Shown here one piece after another: positions 19,790 through 29,549 of a DNA stretch of 64,000 nucleotides. Source of the stretch: Roseibacillus sp. (lineage in GTDB: Bacteria > Verrucomicrobiota > Verrucomicrobiia > Verrucomicrobiales > Akkermansiaceae). Each line of letters begins with the position of its first letter. Position 1 is the first letter of the stretch. Under the pieces are notes generated by a model. The model was not told where the DNA came from. It did not search any database and saw nothing but the letters and a program-made list of their open reading frames with translations. The stretch lies in contig JBPOGI010000003.1 in NCBI GenBank assembly GCA_051251855.1, positions 384,001 through 448,000 of the forward strand, read 5' to 3'. Both the position numbers and the translations under genes were made by a program.

Positions 19790-19818
19790 AAAAAAAGCGG
19801 CCTAAAATAGGCCGCTTT
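19790..19818 (-). terminator. Intrinsic terminator downstream of tkt
   Basis: AAAGCGGCCTA-AAA-TAGGCCGCTTT hairpin with an A7 run (T7 on the minus strand). Confidence 0.85.
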
Positions 19819-19846
19819 CGCTGAAGGTAAATTATTCTTAGCTAGG

Positions 19847-21817
19847 TTAAGCGAGTGCTTTCTCGATGGCTTCGACAGTGATGCCGAGCTCTGAGAAGAC
19901 GGTGTCGCCGGGAGCGGAGATGCCGAAGCGGTCGATAGCGATGATTTCGCCTTCGCATCCAACATACTTATACCAGAGTCCGGAAACGCCGGCCTCGATA
20001 GCGATGCGCTTGGTGCAGGCCTTGGGGAGAACTTCTTCTTGGTAGTCGGCGCCTTGGCGGTCGAAGCGTTCCATGGAGGGCATGGAGACGACACGGACAC
20101 CAGACTTGCCAGCGGCGGCCTTGATGGCGTGCTGAAGCTCGGAGCCTGTCGCGATGACGATGGCTTCGAGGGCTCCTTCTTCTTTCTTGGCGATGTAAGC
20201 GCCTCGGCTAGTGCCTTCGCGGCGGGCGGTGACGTCGAGTTGCTTCTGGGTCACGACCTTTTGGCGAGAAAGGATGAGGGCGGTAGGTCCGTCGGTGCGG
20301 AGGAGGGCAGAGGCCCAAGCGCCGGCGACTTCCTCGGGGTCTCCGGGGCGAATGACGTCGAGGTTTGGAATCACGCGCAAGCCACTGACGGTCTCGACAG
20401 GCTGGTGAGTGGGGCCGTCTTCACCGACACCAACGGAGTCGTGGGTGAAGATATAGATGACGGGGAGTTTAGCCAATCCGGCGAGGCGGATGGAAGGGCG
20501 CACGTAGTCGGCGAAGACGAGGAAGGTCGCGCCGCTGGGACGGAAGAGGCCGTCGTAGGCGATGCCGTTGCAAATCGCGCCCATGGCGTGCTCGCGGATA
20601 CCGAACCAGATGTTTTTGCCTTCTGGAGTAGAAGCGCTGTAGTCGCCGGCGTCCTTGAGGTAGTTCTTGGTAGAACCGTAAAGGTCAGCAGAACCGGTGA
20701 TAAGGCTGGGGACGAGCTTGGAGACTTCATTGATGACCACGCCGCCTGCGCCACGAGTGGCGTCTGCGTAGTCGTCGCCGAAGGCTGGGATGGTGTCGCG
20801 AAGGTCGCTAGGAATGGCTCCGGAGACGCAGTCCTGAAGCTCTTTCGCCAACTCGGGGTTGGCGGCGGTCCAGGCATCGTAAGTGGTCTGCCAAGCGTCG
20901 AAGGCTGCTTTCTTCTCTTCGGCTTTGGCGGCAAAGTGAGCTTTCACTTCGTCGGAGACGTGGAAGGTGTCTGCAGGAAGGCCGAGTCCAGCGCGCGCGC
21001 TTTCGGCAAAGTTGGCTCCGCCTTCGCCGTGGCCTTTGGCTGTGCCAGCAACTTCGGGGATACCGCGACCGATTTCGGTCTTGGCGATGATGACGGTGGG
21101 CTTGCCGTTCTTGGTGTTCTTTGCGGCTTCGAGGGCTGCAGCGACGGCGGCGTGATCGTGACCGTCGATAGTGGAGGCGTTCCAGTTGAGTGACTTGAAG
21201 TAGGCTTCGGTGTCCCAGCACTGGGTGACCTTGGCCATGGCGTCGAGAGTGACGTCATTAGAATCATAAATGAGGATGAGGTTATCGAGCTCGTTTTGAC
21301 CGGCAAAGGCGATCGCTTCTTGGGCGACACCTTCTTGGAGGCAGCCGTCACCAGCGAGGGCAACGACGTCGTGGTTGAAGAGAGTATGCTCGGCAGTGTT
21401 GAACTTGGCCGCAGCGCGCTTGCCAGACATGGCGTAACCGACGGCATTACCGACGCCTTGACCGAGAGGGCCAGTGGTGGCTTCGACACCTGGAGTCTCG
21501 TCATACTCGGGATGGCCGGGAGTGATGCTGTGAAGCTTGCGGAAGTCTTTGAGCGCTTGAAGTGGGACGTCATAGCCGGAGAGGTGCAACCAGCTGTAGA
21601 TGAACATAGAACCGTGACCTGCGGACAAGATGAAGCGGTCGCGGTTGAGCCACTTGGGAGCGGCAGGGTTGAAGTTGAGAGACTCGGAGAAAAGGACGGA
21701 ACCGATTTCGGCACAACCGAGGGGGAGTCCGAGGTGGCCGGAAGAGCAGGCGTGGACGGCATCAATGGCGAGGCCGCGAGCTTCGGCGGCGGCTTTTTGC
21801 AAAACTTCTGTGTTCAT
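19847..21817 (-). CDS. tkt: Transketolase
   Basis: [37 protein letters not shown] (TPP motif), FGIREHAM and [16 protein letters not shown]. Confidence 0.97.
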   Translation of the reverse strand: MNTEVLQKAAAEARGLAIDAVHACSSGHLGLPLGCAEIGSVLFSESLNFNPAAPKWLNRDRFILSAGHGSMFIYSWLHLSGYDVPLQALKDFRKLHSITPGHPEYDETPGVEATTGPLGQGVGNAVGYAMSGKRAAAKFNTAEHTLFNHDVVALAGDGCLQEGVAQEAIAFAGQNELDNLILIYDSNDVTLDAMAKVTQCWDTEAYFKSLNWNASTIDGHDHAAVAAALEAAKNTKNGKPTVIIAKTEIGRGIPEVAGTAKGHGEGGANFAESARAGLGLPADTFHVSDEVKAHFAAKAEEKKAAFDAWQTTYDAWTAANPELAKELQDCVSGAIPSDLRDTIPAFGDDYADATRGAGGVVINEVSKLVPSLITGSADLYGSTKNYLKDAGDYSASTPEGKNIWFGIREHAMGAICNGIAYDGLFRPSGATFLVFADYVRPSIRLAGLAKLPVIYIFTHDSVGVGEDGPTHQPVETVSGLRVIPNLDVIRPGDPEEVAGAWASALLRTDGPTALILSRQKVVTQKQLDVTARREGTSRGAYIAKKEEGALEAIVIATGSELQHAIKAAAGKSGVRVVSMPSMERFDRQGADYQEEVLPKACTKRIAIEAGVSGLWYKYVGCEGEIIAIDRFGISAPGDTVFSELGITVEAIEKALA

Positions 21818-21925
21818 GGAAAGGCGCGAACGTTGGATAATTGGGGATAAATGACAAGTCACAACCGCTATGAAAACGGAAAGTGTTAAGCAGAAGACGA
21901 GTTCATGAGGGACTCCTTTAGGGGA

Positions 21926-22188
21926 ATTCGGGGTGGTCGGGTGGGGTGTGGATCGCCGAGGCCTTGAAAAACCAAATGTTCAAAAACTCAAAAACCAAAG
22001 CTGTTTGCTCCCCGTCCTTCTAGACTCAGCGACGAGAAGAATTCCCCGAACCGATCAGGAGTCCACGAAGCTTATCCCACTCCTGAGAATCCCCGGCCAC
22101 TTCGAGCACTCAATTTTGGTTTTTGAGTTTTTGAACATTTGGTTTTTCAAGGTCTCTAGGATCTTCCCCCCACCCTCGAACCCCGAAT
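21926..22188. mobile_element. Gene-less palindromic element (MITE/REPIN-like), copy 2
   Basis: Core IRs at 21958-22000 and 22114-22156 (41/43 match). Arms extend without gaps to 75 nt via ATTCGGGGT-N4-GGGTGGGG-N4-GATC; 113-bp spacer. Confidence 0.8.
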
Positions 22189-22238
22189 CTTCCCTTTCCG
22201 CGTGACCTCGCAGCTCCGTCCGCTAAAAGAACCTCGCC

Positions 22239-22520
22239 GTGAAGTTCCTCCTGAAATCCCTCGTGCACGGTTACCGGCTGTTTATTCGCCCGTTTCTTCA
22301 TTGGGCGAGTGGGGGAAAGGGGACTTGTCGCTACGATCCATCGTGCTCGGCTTACTTTTTAGAGGCGATTGACACACACGGGAGCGGAAAAGGGGCCTGG
22401 ATCGGGATTAAAAGGATTTTGCGCTGTCATCCATGGGGTGGGTTTGGTTATGACCCCGTCCCGCCGACGGGTGGTTCCGCTCAGGAGTCAATATCCCCGG
22501 AAGACGGCACACAGGACTAA
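22239..22520 (+). CDS. yidD: Membrane protein insertion efficiency factor
   Basis: [16 protein letters not shown]....[18 protein letters not shown]. Confidence 0.95.
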   Translation: MKFLLKSLVHGYRLFIRPFLHWASGGKGTCRYDPSCSAYFLEAIDTHGSGKGAWIGIKRILRCHPWGGFGYDPVPPTGGSAQESISPEDGTQD

Positions 22521-22524
22521 CATT

Positions 22525-24471
22525 ATGGACCGTAAGGGAATTTTTGGGCTGCTGGTCTGCGGAATACTATTCGCAGGTCATCTCTATTATAGTGGTATCG
22601 AGCGAAAAGAGTTCCTCGAGAAACAGGCCGCTAAGAAGGAACTCGCTGAAAAACGTAAGGCCGAAGAGGCGTTGGCGAGGGGCGAAGATCCCGAAGCTGT
22701 TGCTGAGGGTTCAGTCGAAGGTGGGGAAACTACTTCCGACTCTATCCCTGCTTCAGCGGCGACTCCTGAGCAGGAAATTCGTCTCGAGACCGATAAAGTG
22801 GCTTTCGTGCTGACGACCAAGGGCGGTGGTATCAAGTATGCCGAGTTTAAGGAGCAAAAGGCGGTTGTGATTTCATCTGAGCGCAAGAAGTTGAGCGAGG
22901 AGCAACTGGAGAACCCGGAGTTGGTTCATCTCAATCGCTACGGTGATTCGGTGGTGGGAGCTTTGGTCGATGGTGGAGTGGATGGAGCTTTGGGGCTGAC
23001 TTACGACATTTTCGCTCAAAATGAGAACAGTGTCACCTTTGGGACGAAGACGCCAAGTGGCCTGACGATTGCCAAGACGTGGACTCTTGTCGAAATCGTC
23101 AACGAGGCGGCGGAGTATCGCATCGACCTGACCGTCAAGCTGAAGAACAGTAACGGAGAAGGTAATATCGCGCTGAAGCGCTACGGGATTCATGCGGGGT
23201 CGGCTGGTCCTTTGTTCAAGGGGGAAGACCTACGCGGTACAGGATTCTTTATCTATGATGGTAAGTTGCGCTTTAAGGGCTCGAACTGGTTTGGCAAGGG
23301 CTTCATGCGGGGGCCGCGCCCACGCTATGAGGAGATGAAGGAAGACGTTCTCTATGCGGGTGTTTCGAACCAGTTCTTCACCACGATGGTGGGCAAGAAA
23401 AAGCCGACCGATGCGACGATTTGGGCGAAGGCGCCTGAGATGGATTTGGAGGCTACGGGAGGTGGAGGCAAGAAGCGCTTTGTGAGTATGGCTTGGTCTT
23501 TGCCTGACGAAGTGCTCGCTCCCGGTGAGACGGAGTCAATCGCCTACGAGGTGTTCATGGGACCGAAGGATAACAAGATTGTGCGCCAATTGGGCCGAGG
23601 TCGTGGCGAGTTGATGCACTACGGATTCTTCTCGTTCATCAGTCGTCCGCTCAACGCTTTGTTGAATTTCTATCACGATACCATCTTCGTTAAGATTGCT
23701 GACAAGTGGGCGTGGGGTTTTGCGATTATTTTGGTGACCTTCACGATTCGGATTGTGATTTGGCCGCTGCACAATGCGTCTACCCGCACGATGAAGCGGA
23801 TGTCGAAGATGCAGCCTTTGATGGCGGAGTTGAAGGAGAAGTATCCTGACGATCCGCAGAAGGTTCAGACCGAGACGATGAAGATGTATAAGGAATACGA
23901 CATCAATCCGGTGGGTGGGTGTTTGCCGATGTTTGCGCAGATTCCGATCTTCTTTGGTTTCTATTCTATGCTGCGTTCGGCGGTGGAGCTACGTGGGGCG
24001 GAGTTCATGTGGGTGAAGGATTTGGCGCTGCCGGATACTGTTTTCGAATTTCCTTTTGGACTGCCGTTTTTGGGGAATCCGGTGCCGTTGAATTTGCTGC
24101 CTATCTTGATGATGGCGACGATGTTTATTCAGATGCAGATGACACCTAAGACGGGTGATCCGATGCAACGCCGCATCTTTATGTTGATGCCGTTTATGTT
24201 CTTTTTCTTCTGTTACAACTTTGCTTCGGCATTGGCGTTGTATTGGACGGCGCAGAACATTTTCTCGATTGGTCAGACGTGGTTGATGAACCGTCAGCCA
24301 GAAATTGAGCTGAAAAAGCGCAAGCCGGGTAAGAAGAGTTTCATGCAGAAGATGGCCGAAAAAGCGGAAGAGGCGCAGAAGCTTCAGAAGCAGGGGAAAA
24401 AGGCGACCGCGACCAAGCAGGCAGCCGGACCTAAGCCGAAGAAGCCGCGCGGGCCTAAGACCGGTGGGTAG
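22525..24471 (+). CDS. yidC: Membrane protein insertase YidC
   Basis: WGFAIILVT..IR...WPL, MQPLMAELKEKY, NPVGGCLPMFAQIPIFFGFY and LALYWTAQN. Confidence 0.95.
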   Translation: MDRKGIFGLLVCGILFAGHLYYSGIERKEFLEKQAAKKELAEKRKAEEALARGEDPEAVAEGSVEGGETTSDSIPASAATPEQEIRLETDKVAFVLTTKGGGIKYAEFKEQKAVVISSERKKLSEEQLENPELVHLNRYGDSVVGALVDGGVDGALGLTYDIFAQNENSVTFGTKTPSGLTIAKTWTLVEIVNEAAEYRIDLTVKLKNSNGEGNIALKRYGIHAGSAGPLFKGEDLRGTGFFIYDGKLRFKGSNWFGKGFMRGPRPRYEEMKEDVLYAGVSNQFFTTMVGKKKPTDATIWAKAPEMDLEATGGGGKKRFVSMAWSLPDEVLAPGETESIAYEVFMGPKDNKIVRQLGRGRGELMHYGFFSFISRPLNALLNFYHDTIFVKIADKWAWGFAIILVTFTIRIVIWPLHNASTRTMKRMSKMQPLMAELKEKYPDDPQKVQTETMKMYKEYDINPVGGCLPMFAQIPIFFGFYSMLRSAVELRGAEFMWVKDLALPDTVFEFPFGLPFLGNPVPLNLLPILMMATMFIQMQMTPKTGDPMQRRIFMLMPFMFFFFCYNFASALALYWTAQNIFSIGQTWLMNRQPEIELKKRKPGKKSFMQKMAEKAEEAQKLQKQGKKATATKQAAGPKPKKPRGPKTGG

Positions 24472-24828
24472 GTTTGCCTGGGAGAAAGAGCTCCGATCAG
24501 AAGGATTGCTTCGGACTCCTACTTGGTCATCAGCAGTCAGGTAATTGGTAGGGAGCTGCGGCCCTGTCGCGCCGTAATTTTTCATTGAATAGTCAGCTGT
24601 CTTTTTTAGTGATTGAAGAAGCTTAGTTGGAAAGAAAAGCCGATGTTTTCTCCGTATCTTTAGCCTAGGGAGAAGAGCTCCTGTTCATTTGGAAAGATGG
24701 GTGTCTTACCTATGAATGTTCTCAGCGGGCTAGGGCGGTCGCTTCCTACCGTTTTGAATGACCGCTGACGCCCGATTTTGGCGGAAATAACTTGGAATTC
24801 AGTGCTGAGAAGACCTTCCAAGTTCTCT

Positions 24829-24845
24829 CTTAACAGACTCTTAAC
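24829..24845. promoter_or_regulatory. Candidate OmpR/PhoB-type direct-repeat box CTTAAC-N5-CTTAAC
   Basis: Perfect hexamer repeat with 11-bp period ~110 bp upstream of the CotH gene. Confidence 0.4.
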
Positions 24846-24954
24846 TTAACAGATTTTCGAAAATTTCTTAGGTTCCTCTCGAATATCGCACAGCGTTTCT
24901 TCTCTTCCTTTGGAGCGGCTGTGTTTTTACCCAAGAAACCAACGAGAATCCCCA

Positions 24955-27900
24955 ATGTTACAAAAACCCCTTTTGACGAAGATCGCTTCTAAGGTCTGCC
25001 TGTCTTTTATCGGCTCCTTAATGATCGGCTCCGCAGGTGCGCAGGTGCTGATCACGGAGTTCATGGCAAAGAATGACAACACTCTACTCGATGGAGATGG
25101 GAATTCTTCTGATTGGATTGAACTTTATAACTCTGGAACCAGTGCCGTTGACCTGACTGGTTGGTATTTGAGTGATGATGCGGCGAATCTAACGGAGTGG
25201 GCTTTTCCGACCCAGAGTATTGCTGCGGGTGAGCATCTGGTGGTCTTTGCTTCGGGGCAGGACGTAGTGGGATACGCTGACTCTTTGGGTTACCTTCACA
25301 CTACTTTTAAGCTCAACGGGGATACTGAGAGTGTGATTCTCACGCAGGCTGATGGAACGACTATTGAGGATTCGTTCATCGACTATCCGGTGCAGTCCGA
25401 CGATATTTCCTACGGGTTGTCGCAAGATTCTGGTTTTTCTTCCCTAGTGGTCGAGGAGCAGGATGCCACCGCGATTGCAGGAACTGCGGAGCCTGCATCG
25501 ACTTGGAATACTCTGAGCTTCGATGACTCTTCTTGGCAGTCTGGGCAAACTGGAGTTGGTTACGAGGATCTTCCTCCGGGAGGCACATCAGTTTATGGCT
25601 CACTCATTAACTTGGATCTTGAGAGCACGATGGTGAGTGGCGGAAGGCCTCCCAGTGCTGAAAATACCGCCTATGTGCGTGTTGATTTCACGGTGGCGGA
25701 TGCGTCCGTGCTTTCCCAATTGGTCTTGCGGATGAAATACGATGACGGGTTTGTCGCCTATATTAATGGTACTGAAGTGGCCTCGGCAAACGCGCCTGCT
25801 TCTCCAACCTATGATTCGACAGCGCTGGCTGAGCATACTGGCAGTGCTTACGAAGATTTCACCATTCTGAATGTCGGTTCCTTTTTGCAAACGGGAAACA
25901 ATGTGCTGGCGGTTCACTCCTTGGATTACCCCGTGACGCCAGGACCTGGTGGTGGGACCTTTGACTTGTTCGCTCTGCCGGTGTTGACCGGAATCACAGC
26001 GGGAGCGATCGATACCAATTCGGCGGTTTATCTGAGCACGCCGACACCTGGAGCAGACAATGTGATAGGGGTTCAAGGTTTCGTGGATGACACCTCCTTC
26101 TCGATTGATCGAGGATTCTATACCAGCGCGATTAATGTGGAAGTCACCTGTCTCACGGTAGGATCAGAAATCTACTACACAACGGACGGTACTATTCCAA
26201 CCACGAGTAATGGCACGCTCTATACCGGAGCGATTCCCATCAGTCAGACGACGATTCTTCGCGCTGCGGCCTTCTTGACGGGTTATCAAGAAAGCAATGT
26301 GGATACTCAGACCTACATCTTCCTCAGTGATATTATTGCACAATCTGCAACGGTGACGGGGTTGGATCCGTATTTTCCTCCCAATTCGGTCAATGGACAG
26401 GTCTTCGACTACGGGATGGATGCCGACATCACGAACAGCGCCACTTATTCCGGTGAAATGGATGGAGCTCTGAAGGCGATCCCAACCATTTCGATGGTGA
26501 CTGATCCTGATAACTTGTTCAGCGCTTCGTCAGGTATCTATGTGAACGCGAGTGAGAGTGGGGAAGCTTGGGAGAGAGAGACATCGCTCGAGCTGATCAA
26601 TCCTGACGGCAGCCCGGGATTTCAAATCAATGGTGGGGTGCGTATTCGCGGAGCTTCCAGTACCCGTGCTACGAATCCTAAGCATAACTTCCGCTTCTTC
26701 TTTCGGTCGGAATACGGAACGACTCGGCTTGAGTATCCGCTCTTTGGTGATGAGGGTGCGGACAGCTACAAGAGAATCGACCTCCGAACTGGTCAGAACT
26801 TTTCGTGGTCAAATCAGAACCCTCAGTATGCTACTTGGCTCTATGATATTTACACGCGTGACACTCATCGCGATATGAACCAGCCCTACACTCGCGGGGA
26901 ATATTATCACCTCTACATTAATGGCATGTATTGGGGTCTTTATCAGACCGAGGAGCGCTGCAATGCGGATTTCGCGGAATCATACTACGGGGATGATGAC
27001 GATGATTTTGATGCAGTGAAGTCAGATGCGGACACTGGGGATAACTATGCCGTGGATGGAACGCGTGACGCCTATGAAGACTTGTGGGCAGGCATGACTG
27101 CAGGGGTGACCTCCAATGCGGATTACTTCGAGTTGCAAGGAATGAACTCTGATGGCACCGTCAACTCCAGCTACACCAAGTTGCTCGACGTCGATAACGT
27201 TATTGATTACATGCTGTTGACTTACTTTACCGGAAACCGCGACTCGCCTATTGGCCCGCCGAATAGTGGCTCCATGCCACGGAACCTAAACATGGTTTAT
27301 AACCGGCTCAATCCCGATGGTTTCAAGTTTGTAGCTCATGATAACGAGCATTCCTTAGAAGTGAGCGAAGGGGTTAACTTTAATCGCTTGAGCCATAATC
27401 TCGCCAGCTCGTTCGATGGAATTGACCGGCTGACGCCTTGGTGGATTCATGTGGAGCTGATGGATAACACGGAGTATAAACTTCGTTTTGCAGACCGTGT
27501 GCACAAACACTTCTTTAATGATGGAGCTCTCACCACTGCGCAAAACCAAAACCGAGTGGAGGCTCGGAAGGCTGAAATTTTTTCTGCAGTCGTCGCTGAG
27601 TCGGCGCGTTGGGGTGATAGCGAATCCACTAGTCCGCGCACTCGAAATGATGACTGGTTGACTTGGGCCGACTGGCTCACCGACACTTACATGTCTGGGC
27701 GGACAAGCACGGTGTATAGCCAGATTGTGGCGAAGGGGTGGTATCCGACGGTTGCGGCACCTGTCTTCAGTCAGCACGGCGGTGGCATTGCTTCCGGAAC
27801 TACCGTCTCGATGACGGGAAGCGGTACTATCTATTACACTACTGATGGTACCGACCCGCGTGCGGTGGGTGGCTCTGTGGCGGGGACTGCTTATAGTTCT

Positions 27901-28908
27901 TCTATCACGCTTAGTGAGTCTACTGAGGTTCAGGCTCGGGTCTTGAGCGGATCTACTTGGAGTGCTTTGACTTGTGCTACCTTTGAGGTGAGCGAGCTCT
28001 CGCCACTCCGAGTGACTGAGATAATGTATCATCCCGCAGAAGGGGAGTCGGGTGACGAGCTGAACTATGGAGACGAAGAGTTTGAGTTCATCGAGTTGTT
28101 GAACACTGGATCTGAGACGATTGGACTGGCCGGTACGGCCTTCACTGGTGGCATTTACTTCCAATTTTCTGAAGGCGATGTCTTGACCCTTGCGCCTGGT
28201 GAATACGTTCTTCTGGTGGATAATATTGATGCCTTCACAGCTCGTTACCCAACAGCTGGAACCATGAATATCGCGGGCGAATACCATGGCCAATTTTATC
28301 TTCCCGATGCTGAACTCAATAACGGAGGAGAAACGATTTCTTTGGTCGATAGCCTTGGTCGCACGATTCAGGAGTTCACTTACGACGACGCGTGGTATCC
28401 AACGACCGATGGCGATGGCTACTCTTTGACCATCATCGATCCTGCTGACGATACAAGCACGTGGAGCACAAGCGCCGCTTGGGGTGCGAGTACCGTCGTT
28501 GGCGGGACGCCTGGTGAGGTTGATGTCAATCCAGACTCAGACGCAGATGGGATGTTGGATAGCTGGGAGATCGCTAACGGACTTACGGTTGGCGTGGATG
28601 ATTCAGCAGGGGATGCTGATGGCGATGGCTCCTCGAACCTCTCGGAGTATCTTGCAGGGACTGATCCGCAGGATAGCGGCTCACTACTCCTCATCACTTC
28701 GTTAGGAGACTCCAGCGGTGGTTTGATGGCGGTCGGCTGGTCTGCGATTGCAGGGAAGACTTATCAATTCTCAACCAGCGTGGACTTGGAAACGTGGACG
28801 GATATCACTCCGACCATCCCGTGTGCGGCTGACGGAACACTCACAACGGACATCACCACTACGGGGATGGAGGAGCTTTTCCTCCGCGTATCAGTAGTCT
28901 CCGAGTAG
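24955..28908 (+). CDS. Secreted lamin-tail-domain / Fn3-associated / CotH-kinase protein with C-terminal Asp-rich repeat and putative sorting domain
   Basis: ITEFMAKN..DWIELYN and VTEIMYHP..EFIELLN (two LTDs); IYYTTDG x2; GVRIRG..K..FR, LYINGMYWGLY...E and HDNE (CotH); DADGDGSSNLSEYLAGTDP. Confidence 0.88.
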   Translation: MLQKPLLTKIASKVCLSFIGSLMIGSAGAQVLITEFMAKNDNTLLDGDGNSSDWIELYNSGTSAVDLTGWYLSDDAANLTEWAFPTQSIAAGEHLVVFASGQDVVGYADSLGYLHTTFKLNGDTESVILTQADGTTIEDSFIDYPVQSDDISYGLSQDSGFSSLVVEEQDATAIAGTAEPASTWNTLSFDDSSWQSGQTGVGYEDLPPGGTSVYGSLINLDLESTMVSGGRPPSAENTAYVRVDFTVADASVLSQLVLRMKYDDGFVAYINGTEVASANAPASPTYDSTALAEHTGSAYEDFTILNVGSFLQTGNNVLAVHSLDYPVTPGPGGGTFDLFALPVLTGITAGAIDTNSAVYLSTPTPGADNVIGVQGFVDDTSFSIDRGFYTSAINVEVTCLTVGSEIYYTTDGTIPTTSNGTLYTGAIPISQTTILRAAAFLTGYQESNVDTQTYIFLSDIIAQSATVTGLDPYFPPNSVNGQVFDYGMDADITNSATYSGEMDGALKAIPTISMVTDPDNLFSASSGIYVNASESGEAWERETSLELINPDGSPGFQINGGVRIRGASSTRATNPKHNFRFFFRSEYGTTRLEYPLFGDEGADSYKRIDLRTGQNFSWSNQNPQYATWLYDIYTRDTHRDMNQPYTRGEYYHLYINGMYWGLYQTEERCNADFAESYYGDDDDDFDAVKSDADTGDNYAVDGTRDAYEDLWAGMTAGVTSNADYFELQGMNSDGTVNSSYTKLLDVDNVIDYMLLTYFTGNRDSPIGPPNSGSMPRNLNMVYNRLNPDGFKFVAHDNEHSLEVSEGVNFNRLSHNLASSFDGIDRLTPWWIHVELMDNTEYKLRFADRVHKHFFNDGALTTAQNQNRVEARKAEIFSAVVAESARWGDSESTSPRTRNDDWLTWADWLTDTYMSGRTSTVYSQIVAKGWYPTVAAPVFSQHGGGIASGTTVSMTGSGTIYYTTDGTDPRAVGGSVAGTAYSSSITLSESTEVQARVLSGSTWSALTCATFEVSELSPLRVTEIMYHPAEGESGDELNYGDEEFEFIELLNTGSETIGLAGTAFTGGIYFQFSEGDVLTLAPGEYVLLVDNIDAFTARYPTAGTMNIAGEYHGQFYLPDAELNNGGETISLVDSLGRTIQEFTYDDAWYPTTDGDGYSLTIIDPADDTSTWSTSAAWGASTVVGGTPGEVDVNPDSDADGMLDSWEIANGLTVGVDDSAGDADGDGSSNLSEYLAGTDPQDSGSLLLITSLGDSSGGLMAVGWSAIAGKTYQFSTSVDLETWTDITPTIPCAADGTLTTDITTTGMEELFLRVSVVSE

Positions 28909-29000
28909 ATTTCTGCAAGAGGATCCTCCTGTTGCGCAAGCTTTGGGGGGGAGAGTCTTGTGGGGCTGACAACCTCTCTTGAGCCTGCTATGAGGGATAA

Positions 29001-29543
29001 ATGCATTTCCTAGCTCTCTGTTTCATCTCTCTGGCAGCATTCTCTCAGGCGCTGGGAGAGGCGAAATCCTTTTACTCGAGTACTGCTAGTAAGTTTGTCG
29101 CTCTGGTGGAGAGCTCGGAGTTCGATACCGAGTCAGATATTGATCACTTCAAGGAGGTTTGTCCGGGATACGGGGGCTATGAACTCCTCTACGAAGGAGG
29201 TGATGCACGCAGCTGGATGAACGTGCGGTATGGCGAGAAGGAAAGCGATCTCTGGGGCGACACCATGGGGGCCGCGCGAGGCTTTTTTCCTTATAAGTCC
29301 AATGACGTGGTTGAGTGGAGGGGGATTGTGGAGAATGGCAGGTTCAAACCTTATGCGATTATTTATCGAATTTCGGCTGACAACCCCGATTCAGAAAAGC
29401 CGGGTAAGAGCTTTTCTACGCTCTTGGTGATCGCGCTCAAGAAGGGGGAGAGTTCTCTCCTAGGCACCGCTTCAGGTGAGGACGAGAATGCCAAAGCCCA
29501 GAAGATCGCAGACGACTGGTGGAAGAGGCAGAAGCAGCGGTGA
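29001..29543 (+). CDS. Hypothetical secreted protein
   Basis: Signal peptide; 180 aa; 'CPGYGGY...GDARSW...VVEWRG...PYAIIYR...N.KAQKIAD'. Confidence 0.75.
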   Translation: MHFLALCFISLAAFSQALGEAKSFYSSTASKFVALVESSEFDTESDIDHFKEVCPGYGGYELLYEGGDARSWMNVRYGEKESDLWGDTMGAARGFFPYKSNDVVEWRGIVENGRFKPYAIIYRISADNPDSEKPGKSFSTLLVIALKKGESSLLGTASGEDENAKAQKIADDWWKRQKQR

Positions 29544-29549
29544 GAGAGA

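Noticed and set aside
21933..22301. Short ORFs containing '[12 protein letters not shown]' (also 10179-10391 and 36620-36970) as a peptide family
   Set aside because: The shared peptide is simply the translation of the DNA repeat core, and the surrounding residues are not conserved.
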